Source of the DNA: Thermoanaerobaculia bacterium
GTDB taxonomy: Bacteria > Acidobacteriota > Thermoanaerobaculia > Multivoradales > JAGPDF01
Assembly: GCA_963788175.1 (NCBI GenBank)
Contig: CAWBFZ010000008.1
Span: 64,962 to 128,961, forward strand
Length of the DNA stretch: 64,000 nucleotides
Direction of reading: 5' to 3'
Part shown: in pieces, positions 38,041-47,404 of the stretch
Numbering within the stretch: position 1 is the stretch's first letter
Layout: each line of letters opens with the position of its first letter
Position numbers and translations under genes: made by a program
The notes under the pieces: model-generated
The model's input: only the letters and a program-made list of their open reading frames with translations
Told to the model about the DNA's origin: nothing
Database searches by the model: none

Positions 38041-40736
38041 ATGAATCCCATCCGGCGACGATGCCGCGCCGTCACGCTCTTCACCCCGCTCGCGCTCGCG
38101 GGCGCCATGGCCGCGCTGGCGCACCGAAGGCCCGTCCGCTCCGCTGAGCCTCGACGCCCGTGTTCGCTGTCAGGAGAGCCATCGAGCGCGTCTACTGGCA
38201 GCACCGCTCTCCGGCGCCCGAGCTCGTCGTTCGCGCAGGCTCTGCCGCAGGCCCTGCTTGCGGCAGCGAGCCGAGGATCTCGTGCTGAAAACGGCCGCGC
38301 TGCGCGAGCTCTGGCAGGTGACGGTTTCACCGCAGCAGGTGCAGGCCGAGCTCGACCGGATGGCCGCGCACTCGCAGTCGCCGGCGCGCCTGCGCGAGCT
38401 CTTCGCCGCGCTCGGCGACGATCCGACTCTCGCCGCCGAGTGCCTCGCCCGCCCGGTGCTGGTCGATCGGCTCCTGCGCGCCGAGTACGCCCGGGACGAG
38501 CGGCTGCAGGGCGACGCCCCGAGCGACGACGGCCGCCGAAGGGTCGAAGCGCCCGTTCGAGACCTGGTGGAACGAGACCCGCGCGCAGCTGGCGCCGGAA
38601 CCTAGGTGCGACGGATTTCGCCTACCGCCTCCCGCTCATTGCCGACACCGCCGGCACCGCCTGCGCCGACGACACCTGGACGCCGACGCTGCAGCTGCTC
38701 GACCCGCGCTACTGGCACACGGCGGTGTGGACCGGCAGCGAGATGATCGTCTTCGGCGGCATGAGCAACGTGGGCACGACCTACGGCGATGGCAGCCGCT
38801 ACGATCCGGCGACCGACACCTGGCAGCTCCTGCCGGCCTTGGGTGCCCCCGCAGCGCGGCAGTCGCACGTCGCGGTGTGGACCGGCACGGAGATGGTGGT
38901 CTGGGGCGGCCGCGCCGACGCGAGCGGCGGCCGCTACAACCCGGCGACCAACAGCTGGTCGCCGACGGCGCTCGCCAACGCTCCGCAGCCGCGGGCGAAT
39001 CCGAGCGTCGTCTGGACCGGCACCGAGATGATCGTCTGGGGCGGCGAGGGGCAGACGGGCCTCCTGAACAGCGGTGGCCGCTACGATCCGGCGAGCAACA
39101 GCTGGACCTCCATGGCCACCGCGCCGCTCACCCCGCGGGCCTATCACTCCGCCGTCTGGACCGGCACCGAGATGATCATCTGGAACGGCTACAACGTCCA
39201 CCTGGGCGAGCTCTACGGCGACGGCGCGCGCTACAACCCGGCCGACCAACTCGTGGGCGCCGGTCGCCACGCCGGCGCACCCAACGCGCGCACGTATCAC
39301 ACGGCGGTCTGGACGGGCACCGAGATGATCGTCTGGGGCGGCGCCAACCCACCGGACTACGACGGCAGCGGCGGCCGCTACAACCCGGCGACGAACTCCT
39401 GGGCGCCCACCAGCCTCGTCGACGCCCCGTCGTACCGGGTGTTCCACGCCGCGGTCTGGACCGGCAGCGAGATGATCGTCCAGGGCGGCAGCTTCGGCGT
39501 CGTCGCGGGCGGCCGCTACGATCCGGCGACCGACACCTGGACGCCCACCAATCCGGTGAACTCCGCCAACAACGGCCAGGGCATCACCGCGGTCTGGACG
39601 GGCACGGAGATGATCGTCTGGGGCGGCCTCGACGACGACGGCCTCTTTCACTACGACGGCGGGCGCTACGACCCGGCGACTCGACCTCTGGCACCCCACC
39701 GGCACGATGAACGTCCCCGCCGCGCGCGGCCTGCACACCGCGGCGTGGACCGGCAGCGAGATGGTCGTCTGGGGCGGCAGCGGCTGGGGCGGGAGCCTCG
39801 CCCCCGGTGCGAGCTACGATCCGGCCCTCGACAGCTGGCGGGCGGTGAGCACCGTCGGCGCTCCCATCGACGCCGCGACGGCGCTGTGGACAGGGACCGA
39901 GGCGATCTTCTGGGGAAGCGGTGTGGGCGGAGGGCGCTACAACCCGACCACCGACAGCTGGCTCCCCGTCTCCACGACGAATGCCGCGCCCGGGGCCATC
40001 GGCGAGTCCGCCGTCTGGACCGGCAGCGAGATGATCGTCTTCGGCGGCATCGGCACCGACACGGTCGCCAAGCGCTACCGCCCGGCGACCGACAGCTGGA
40101 CCGATGCCACCACCGTCGACGCACCCGGCGCCCGCGATCACCACGCCGCGGTCTGGACCGGCACCGAGATGATCATCTGGGGCGGCTTCATCAACGACGG
40201 GATCACTCCCACCGGCGGACGCTACAACCCGGTGACGGACATCTGGACGCCGACGAATGTCGCCGACTCTCCGATCACCCGGATGTCGCCGGTCGGAGTC
40301 TGGACGGGCACCGAGATGCTCGTCTGGGGCGGCAACGAGTGGCTGTTCCTGGGCGACCTGGGCGACGGCGCGCGCTACAACCCGGCGACCGACAGCTGGA
40401 CGCCGATCAACCTGACCGGCGCACCGACGCCCCGCATCACCCAGGGCGTCTGGACCGGCAGCGAGCTCCTGCTCTGGGGCGGCACCTTCGATCGCAGCGG
40501 CGGACGCTACGACCCGGCGACCGACAGCCTGGCAGCCGACGACGCTGGTAGAGTGCCGCCCGACCACGCATCGGCGGGCGCTGGTCGACGGTCTGGACCG
40601 GCACCGAGATGATCATCTGGGGCGGCATCATCGAGACCCAGCAGGGGCAGCCGCTACTGCGCCGCTTCGCTGAACGGATCTTCGCCGACGGCTTCGCCAG
40701 CGGCAACACCTCGGCCTGGTCCGCCGTGCGCCCTGA
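38041..40736 (+). pseudogene. Giant Kelch/beta-propeller repeat secreted protein, heavily frame-disrupted; the 3' end is approximate
   Basis: Signal peptide MNPIRRRCRAVTLFTPLALAGAMAALA. More than 15 repeats of the type VWTGTEMIVWGG...GGRYNPATDSW are spread over the frames of 38017.., 38258.., 39707.. and 40609... The terminal motif is RIFADGFASGNTSAWSAV. I counted at least 8 frame switches by hand. Confidence 0.75.
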
Positions 40737-40842
40737 GTTTCCGGATAACGCGGGCGGCGAGGCCAGTCGCGCAGTCGCCCGCTCCGCGAGGTCGACCTGG
40801 CCGTTGTCAGGGCGGCAGGGAAAAGGGGAAGATCCCAACCTG

Positions 40843-42289
40843 ATGCCCGACGCGCTCAAGGTTCTGCTCGCCCTGCTGCCGGCGGTGGGGCTCTTCTTCG
40901 TCATCCGTCTCGTGGTCGGGCGGCGCATCGCGCAGGCGGTGGCGCTCGCCAGGAGCGAGGCGGCGGCGGAACGGGCCGGGGTCGAGGAGCGACTGCGCGG
41001 ACGCGAAGAGCAGCTCACCGAGCTCCGCGGCGCGCTGGCGGCGAAGGAGCGTGCGTGAGTCGGCGCTCGAAGCGGAGAGCTCCGGCCTGAAGGCACAGGT
41101 TGCCGCTTACGACGAGCGGGTCAAGGCCTTCGAGACCGCCGAGAGCCGGCTCACCGACGCCTTCCAGAATCTCGCTTCGCACGCCCTGACGCGCAACAAC
41201 CAGCAGTTCCTGGCGCTCGCCAAGGAGAACCTCGAGCGCCTGCAGAGCGAGGCTAAGGGCGACCTCGAGCAGCGCCAGCAGGCGATCGCCGCGGTGGTCG
41301 AGCCGATTCAGCTGGCGCTCGGCAAGATCGACGCCGAGGTGCGGCGGGTCGAGTCGTCGCGCCTCGAGGCCTACGGCGCGCTCTCCGAGCAGGTGAAGTC
41401 GCTCCTCGGCTCGCAGGAGAAGCTGCAGCTCGAGACCGGCAACCTCGTCAAGGCCCTCCGCCGCCCCGAGGCGCGCGGACGCTGGGGGGAAATGCAGCTC
41501 AAGAGGGTCGTCGAATTCGCCGGCATGCTCAACCACGTCGACTTCGTCGAGCAGGAGTCCAGCAACAGCGAAGACGGACGCCGCCGGCCCGACATGATCA
41601 TCCGGCTCCCCGGTGGCCGGAGTGTCGTCGTCGACGCCAAGACGCCGCTCGACGCCTACCTCTCGGCGATCGAAGCCAAGACCGAACCGGAGCGCGCGGT
41701 CCACCTCGTCGCCCACGCCCGCCAGCTCAAGGAACAGGTGCGGAAGCTCGCGCAGACCGCCTACACCAGCCAGTTCACCGACACGCCCGAGTTCGTCGTC
41801 CTCTTCCTGCCGAGCGACGCCTTCTTCACCGCCGCGCTCGAGCAGGAGCCCGGCCTGATCGAAGACGCCTTCCAGCAGAGCGTGCTCATCGCGACGCCGG
41901 CGACGCTCGTCGCCCTGCTGAAGACGGTCTACTACGGCTGGCGCCAGGAGTCACTGACCGAAAACGCCCAGAAGATCGCCGCCGAAGCGCGCGAGCTCTA
42001 CAACCGCGTGCGCATCTTCGCCGAGCACATCGACAAAGTCGGCAAGGGACTCGAAGACGCAGTCAAGGCGCACAACCGAGCCTCGAGCGCCTTCGCCTCC
42101 AGAGTCCTGCCGCAAGGCAGACGCGTCGAGGAGCTTGGCGCCGCCAGCGAAAAGAAGCTCGCCGCCCCGCGGGCCGTCGCCCTCGGCACCCAGGAGCTCG
42201 CGAGCCTCCCGGCCGGAGCCAACGGCGAAGCCACCGAAGAACCCAGCGACAGCGGCGAAGACAGCCCCGACCTCGCCGACAACGCCTAG
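40843..42289 (+). pseudogene. rmuC: DNA recombination protein RmuC with one frame disruption
   Basis: The N-terminal TM segment MPDALKVLLALLPAVGLFFVIRLVV lies in the frame of 40609..41058. The rest lies in ORF 41051..42289 (...ARGRWGEMQLKRVVEFAGM...PDMIIRLPGGRSVVVDAKTPL...FVVLFLPSDAF). The switch is near 41045-41055. Confidence 0.85.
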
Positions 42290-42296
42290 CCAGCCC

Positions 42297-42332
42297 CTTT
42301 CCTTTACTGGTCCTTTTCTTTTTTTCCGACCG
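42297..42332 (+). repeat. Polypyrimidine element, intergenic copy (a)
   Basis: CTTTCCTTTACTGGTCCTTTTCTTTTTTTCCGACCG, 8 nt downstream of the rmuC stop. Confidence 0.7.
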
Positions 42333-42415
42333 CGGCACGCCAGCGGCGCTCAGCGCCGCAGGCGCGCGCGCAGGTCGTCGTGCGAGATGACGCACTGTCG
42401 CCGTATCATCCGCCG

Positions 42416-43684
42416 ATGCCCCGCGCCTGGCGGTTCGATCGACTCGGCATCTTGTGGACGCTCTACTTCGTCCAGGGGCTGCCGTTCGGTTTTCAGGCGA
42501 CCGCCCTGCCGGTCTACCTGCGCTCGGCCGGCATGACCCTCGAAGGGGTCGGCCTGGCGACGGCGCTGGCGCTCCCGTGGTCGCTCAAACCGCTCTGGGC
42601 GCCGCTCATCGATCGCTTCGGACACGCCCGGATCGGGCGGCGAAAGTCGTGGATCCTGCCGCTCCAGGCGCTCCTCGCGGTGACCTGCTTCGCCGCCGCG
42701 AAGGTGTCGCCCAACGAAGGACTCGCGCCGCTCCTCTGGCTGGTGCTGGCGATGAACCTGCTCGCCGCGACGATGGACATCGCCGTCGACGGTTTCGCGG
42801 TCGATGTGCTCACGACCCGCGAGCTCGGCCACGGCAACATCGCGCAGGTCGTCGGCTACAAGGCGGGAATGCTGACCGGTGGCGGGCTCCTCGTCTGGGC
42901 GAGCGGCACCATCGGCTGGTCGGGGCTCTTCGTCTCCATGGCCGGGCTGGTCGCGATGTCGCTGCTGGTGACGCTCTCCTGGGACGAGAACGCGGTCGGA
43001 GCCCGGAATCTCCCGGCGGGGGCGCTGGAGCCAGCGGCGCCAGCGCCGCACCGCCGCGCCGGCGAGATCTTCGCCGCGCTGCGCCGCGCACTGACCGGTT
43101 CCGGGGCGGGCTGGCTGATCCTCTTCGTCGGCACCTACAAGCTCGGCGAGTCGATGGCGGACACGATGTTCAAACCGTTCCTCGTCGACGCCGGCTACCG
43201 CGAAGCACAGATCGGGCTCTGGGTCGGCACCTGGGGGATGCTCTGTTCGATCGCCGGTTCGGTGGGCGGAGGCCTGCTCGCACGGCGCATGCCGCTCCTG
43301 CGCGTCGTCGGCTGGTGCGCCGTGGCGCGCGCTCTTCCGGTTGCCGGCGAGTGGTGGCTGACCCAGGTCGATCCGACCCCGCACCGGATCCTCGCGGTGA
43401 CCTGCTTCGAGCATCTCTTCGGCGGCGCCCTCACCACGGCGATGTTCGCTTACATGATGAGCCGCGTCGACCGGCGGATCGGAGCGACCCACTACACGCT
43501 GCTCGCCGCCGTCGAAGTCTGGGGCAAGCTCCCGGCCGCCTGGCTCTCGGGCTTCATCGCCGCCCGGGCTTCGTACTCGACCCTGTTCGCGGTCGCGACC
43601 CTCTTCTCGGTCGCCTTTCTCGGCCTGCTGGCGCCGCTCGCCCGCAGCCATGTCCGCAGCCGTGCGCACACCCGGCCGCCCTAG
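42416..43684 (+). CDS. MFS transporter, AmpG-like (muropeptide permease family)
   Basis: From the ATG at 42416: ...LYFVQGLPFGFQATALPVYLRSAGMTLEGVGL...LPWSLKPLWAPLIDRF is the AmpG-family N-terminal signature. About 12 TM segments. Confidence 0.75.
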   Translation: MPRAWRFDRLGILWTLYFVQGLPFGFQATALPVYLRSAGMTLEGVGLATALALPWSLKPLWAPLIDRFGHARIGRRKSWILPLQALLAVTCFAAAKVSPNEGLAPLLWLVLAMNLLAATMDIAVDGFAVDVLTTRELGHGNIAQVVGYKAGMLTGGGLLVWASGTIGWSGLFVSMAGLVAMSLLVTLSWDENAVGARNLPAGALEPAAPAPHRRAGEIFAALRRALTGSGAGWLILFVGTYKLGESMADTMFKPFLVDAGYREAQIGLWVGTWGMLCSIAGSVGGGLLARRMPLLRVVGWCAVARALPVAGEWWLTQVDPTPHRILAVTCFEHLFGGALTTAMFAYMMSRVDRRIGATHYTLLAAVEVWGKLPAAWLSGFIAARASYSTLFAVATLFSVAFLGLLAPLARSHVRSRAHTRPP

Positions 43685-43723
43685 GTTCCCCAGGCCGGTC
43701 GGCGGCGACCTCGAGCAGCCGAC

Positions 43724-44830
43724 CTACTTCGCCTTCGGCGGGGCGAGGTCGGTGTTCGGGTTCTTGACCTTGTCGCTGGCCGTGAGGCCGGAGACGATCT
43801 CGATCTTGATGCCGTCGGAGATGCCGGTGGTGATCTCCCGGCGCTCGAACTTCTGCGGCGCGGTCTCGACCTCGACGTAGGGCTTCTCGCCCTCGAACTG
43901 CAGCAGCCCTTCGTCGAGCGCCAGCACCTGCTCGCGCTTTTCGAGCACGATGTCGGCCGAAGCGCTGTAGTTGGCGCGGATCAGCATCTCCTTGTGCGGC
44001 GCGAGCGCGGCGCGGATCTCGAACTGGATGGCGCCGTTCTCCTCCACCCCTTTGGGCGCGATGCGCTCGAGGGTGGCGTGGATCCGGTTCTCCGGCAGCG
44101 CGCCGATCGTGAGCTCGAGATCCATGCCCGGCCTGATCTTGCCGACCTCGGACTCGTCGACCTTGCCCTTGAAGATCAGGTCTTCGAGGTCGGCGATCGA
44201 GGCGATCGTCGTGCCGTCGTTGAAGTTGTTCGATTCGATCACCGAGTTGCCGACCTCGAGCGGCACCTCGAGGATCGTGCCGCCGATCGTCGCCTTGACG
44301 ACCGTGGTCGAAGCCGAGGCCATGCGCACGCTCGTCCCCTTGCGTACGATGTCGAGGTTGTCCTGGGCGCCCTTCGAGTCTTCCTTGGCCTGCTCCCAGG
44401 CGATCTCCGAACGCTGGAAGTCGGCGGCCGAGATCGTGCCGTCCTCCACCAGGTTCTTGTTGCGCAGGTAGTCACGCTCGGCGTCGGCGAGGGAGATCTT
44501 CGCCTTGTTCAACCGCGATTCGGCGGAGGAGAGCGACACCATGTTCGGAATCACCCGCACCTTGGCCACCAGATCGCCCTGCTTCACCAGCTGGCCGGGC
44601 TCGACGTAGAGCTCCTCGATGATGCCGGAGATGAGCGGCTTGATCTGCACCTCCTTGCGCGGCACCACCGCCCCCGTCGCCACGGTCTTGCGCACCAGGT
44701 CGGTGGTCACCGGCGAGGCGGTCTGGTAGACCACCGGCTTGGCCTGCGATTTCTTGAACAGGAAGACGCCGGTCGCGATGACGACCGCCGCGAACAACAG
44801 TGCCGCAAGGATTCCGAGGACCTTCTTCAT
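43724..44830 (-). CDS. Efflux periplasmic adaptor (MacA/HlyD family)
   Basis: N-terminal anchor MKKVLGILAALLFAAVVIATGVFLF, lipoyl-like segment VQIKPLISGIIEELYVEPGQLVKQGDLVAKV, and a coiled-coil region. Confidence 0.8.
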   Translation of the reverse strand: MKKVLGILAALLFAAVVIATGVFLFKKSQAKPVVYQTASPVTTDLVRKTVATGAVVPRKEVQIKPLISGIIEELYVEPGQLVKQGDLVAKVRVIPNMVSLSSAESRLNKAKISLADAERDYLRNKNLVEDGTISAADFQRSEIAWEQAKEDSKGAQDNLDIVRKGTSVRMASASTTVVKATIGGTILEVPLEVGNSVIESNNFNDGTTIASIADLEDLIFKGKVDESEVGKIRPGMDLELTIGALPENRIHATLERIAPKGVEENGAIQFEIRAALAPHKEMLIRANYSASADIVLEKREQVLALDEGLLQFEGEKPYVEVETAPQKFERREITTGISDGIKIEIVSGLTASDKVKNPNTDLAPPKAK

Positions 44831-44852
44831 TACGCGATCTCCAATCGAACGT

Positions 44853-46121
44853 TTAATCGCTGCGCAGGGCCGCCATCGGCGTGATCGAGACCGCCCGGCG
44901 CGCCGGGGCGAAGCCGGCGAGGACGCCGGAGACGACCAGCACGGCGAGCGCCTGCATGGCCACCTCGAAGGTGACGCCGGGATTCTGGAACATCTGCGGT
45001 TCGCCGCTCGCCCCCGCTCCGGGAAGCAGGCGGTTGACGAGCTCGAGGACTCCGACGCCGGCGGACAGTCCGAGAAGGCCGGAGCCCAGGGTGAGGATCA
45101 CCGCCTCCAGCACGATCTGCCCCTGAACTTTCCAGGGCGTCGCCCCGATCGCCCGCCGGATACCGAGCTCCTTGGTGCGCTCGCGGACGATGATCAGCAT
45201 GATGTTCGACACCCCGATGGCGCCCGCCGCCAGCGTGCCGATGCCGACGATCCACATCAGGAGCTTGATTCCGGTCATCAGCCCCTGGATCTTGGCGTAC
45301 TCCTCTTCGAGGTTGAAATGGCCGATGCCGCGGTTGTCCTGCGGCGAGACCTTGTGGCGCGCGCGCAGGATGTCGAGGACCTTCTTCTCGACGACCGCGG
45401 CCGCGACGCCGTCGACCGAAGTCACCGCCATCCACTGCACCTCGTTGGCGGCGTTGAACGCCTGCTGGAAGGTCGAGAACGGAACGAAGATGGTCTCGGC
45501 GTCGCGCTCGCCGTCGTTGCCGCTCTGGCGCGAGCGGAACAGGCCGATGACCTGGAACTCGATGCCGTTGATCCGGATGCCATGCCCGATCGGATCCTCG
45601 TCGGCCTCGAACAGCACCTCGCGCACCCGGTTGCCGATGACCGCGACCTTGCGCTTGTCCTCGATATCGAGCCGGTTGAGGAAACGGCCGCTCGAGACGG
45701 CGAGGGACTGGATGGTGGCGATCTCCGGCATGTCGCCCATGACGGTGTAGGCGCCGGTATGGATGCCCCGCGTCGCCGTGGCGCCGCCGCGGAAGCCGCC
45801 CAGCTGCAGGCGCGGCGCGATGACCCTGGCCTCCGGCACCTGGCGCCGGATCTCCTCGACGTCGGCGTTGGTGAACTCGATCGACCGGCCGGCCAGGAGG
45901 CCGGCGAACGGCTTGCTGGTGCGCATGCCCCAGATGAAGAAGCTGTTGGTCGCCGAGCCCGAGAAACCGGCGTCGATGCCGTTCTTCAGCCCGTTTCCCG
46001 AGCCCAGCAGGAGCATCAGCAGGAAGATGCCCCAGAAGACGCCGAAAGCGGTGAGAAAGGTCCGCAGGCGGTTCTTCGACAGCGCGGTCCAGATCTCCTG
46101 GAAGTGGTCGAGGTCAAACAC
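44853..46121 (-). CDS. ABC transporter permease (MacB/FtsX family) 1
   Basis: MacB_PCD-like periplasmic domain plus the C-terminal FtsX domain ...VSNIMLIIVRERTKELGIRRAIGA... Confidence 0.85.
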   Translation of the reverse strand: MFDLDHFQEIWTALSKNRLRTFLTAFGVFWGIFLLMLLLGSGNGLKNGIDAGFSGSATNSFFIWGMRTSKPFAGLLAGRSIEFTNADVEEIRRQVPEARVIAPRLQLGGFRGGATATRGIHTGAYTVMGDMPEIATIQSLAVSSGRFLNRLDIEDKRKVAVIGNRVREVLFEADEDPIGHGIRINGIEFQVIGLFRSRQSGNDGERDAETIFVPFSTFQQAFNAANEVQWMAVTSVDGVAAAVVEKKVLDILRARHKVSPQDNRGIGHFNLEEEYAKIQGLMTGIKLLMWIVGIGTLAAGAIGVSNIMLIIVRERTKELGIRRAIGATPWKVQGQIVLEAVILTLGSGLLGLSAGVGVLELVNRLLPGAGASGEPQMFQNPGVTFEVAMQALAVLVVSGVLAGFAPARRAVSITPMAALRSD

Positions 46122-46171
46122 CCGGGACCTCGGGCGCCACCCGGAATCCGTTGCCGGCTCGCGGCCGAGGG

Positions 46172-47404
46172 CTATTCATCGCGCAGCGCCTCGATCGGAC
46201 GGATGGCGGCGGCCCGCCGCGCGGGGAAGAAGCCGGCGACCGCTCCGGCGACGATCAGCAGGACCGTGGCCGAGACGGCGACGCGGAGGTCGACCTGGGG
46301 GTTGCGGAAGAAGGCGGCGTCGGGAATCGCCTTGGCGAGACCCTCGAGGACGAGCACACCGAGGACGAGACCGGCATAGCCGGCGACGGTGGTGATGAGC
46401 ACCGACTCCTGCATGACCAGACCCACGATCGAGGCCGGCGTGGCGCCGAGCGCCTTGCGGATGCCGATCTCGCGCGTGCGCTCGCGCACCGCGACCAGCA
46501 TGATGTTCGAGACGCCGACGACGCCGGCGAGAAGGGTTCCGATTCCGACCACCCAGACGAAGAGACGGATCGCCCCGGTGAGCGCGACGATCTTCTGGTA
46601 GTTCTCGACGTTGTTGTTGACGTAGATCGCGCGCTGGTCCTCGGGGTCGAAGGTGTGGTTGACGGCGAGGATGCGACGCGTTGCGCCGGCCATTTCCATG
46701 CTCTTCGCGAGGCTCGCGTCGCCGGTGGTGTAGAGAATCTGGTTGACCCGGTTGGCGCCGTTGAAGGTGCGCTGCGCCGTCGAGATCGGCAGGTAGATGA
46801 ACTCGCGCTCGCGCTCGCTGCCTTCGTCGTCGAAGACCCCGACGACCTTGAAGGAGATGCCGCCGATCCGGATCTCCTTGCCGATCGGCTCCTCGTCGTG
46901 GAAGAGCGCGGCGGCGACCAGCGTCCCGAGCAGCGCGCTCTTGCGGAACTGGCGCAGGTCGAACTCGTTCAAGTACCGGCCCCGGATCACCTTGGTGCGC
47001 TCGAGGACCTGGTGCCCGGGATGCACCGCGCGGATCGTGTAGCTGCCGTTCTCGTTCTTGTAGTTGACCTGCTGGCTGCCGAAGATCCAGTAGCGGGCGC
47101 TCGAGTACTCGACTCCGGGCACGCGCGTCCGCACTTCGTCGTAGTCCTGGTTGTCGAACTGCACGTCCCGGCCGGGCTGCAGGCCCTTGTACGGGACGCT
47201 CGTCTGGCCGGAGGAGACCCAGATGCTGTTCACCGCGTCGTCGCGGAACTGGTAGTCGACGCCGTGCTCGAGGCCCTTGCCCGAGCCGAGCAGGACGACG
47301 AGCATGAAGATTCCCCACGCCACCGCGAAGCCGGTGAGCGCGGTGCGCAGCTTGTTGCGCTTGACGGTGTCGAAGATCTCCTGCCAGGCGTCGAGGCGGA
47401 TCAT
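46172..47404 (-). CDS. ABC transporter permease (MacB/FtsX family) 2
   Basis: From MIRLDAWQEIFDTVKRNKLRTALTGFAVAWGIF... to ...VSNIMLVAVRERTREIGIRKALGA... The start overlaps the ATPase stop (ATGA). Confidence 0.85.
   Translation of the reverse strand: MIRLDAWQEIFDTVKRNKLRTALTGFAVAWGIFMLVVLLGSGKGLEHGVDYQFRDDAVNSIWVSSGQTSVPYKGLQPGRDVQFDNQDYDEVRTRVPGVEYSSARYWIFGSQQVNYKNENGSYTIRAVHPGHQVLERTKVIRGRYLNEFDLRQFRKSALLGTLVAAALFHDEEPIGKEIRIGGISFKVVGVFDDEGSEREREFIYLPISTAQRTFNGANRVNQILYTTGDASLAKSMEMAGATRRILAVNHTFDPEDQRAIYVNNNVENYQKIVALTGAIRLFVWVVGIGTLLAGVVGVSNIMLVAVRERTREIGIRKALGATPASIVGLVMQESVLITTVAGYAGLVLGVLVLEGLAKAIPDAAFFRNPQVDLRVAVSATVLLIVAGAVAGFFPARRAAAIRPIEALRDE

Noticed and set aside
38700-40620. 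The DNA periodicity of about 150 bp interpreted as a satellite, a CRISPR-like array or a diversity-generating target.
   Set aside because: The periodicity corresponds exactly to Kelch blade repeats in a coding region. There is no reverse transcriptase or template repeat nearby.
30510-42289. Programmed ribosomal frameshifting or transcriptional slippage as the cause of the many frame switches.
   Set aside because: There are too many sites, up to 8 or more in one gene. No recurring slippery heptamer or stimulatory structure was noticed, and the affected genes belong to families not known to use recoding.
42297-42332. The polypyrimidine element as sequencing adapter or vector contamination.
   Set aside because: It does not match the Illumina, Nextera, Nanopore ligation or PacBio SMRTbell adapter sequences as I remember them. 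The copies are diverged from each other and kept in-frame within genes. I cannot fully exclude contamination without a contaminant-database search.
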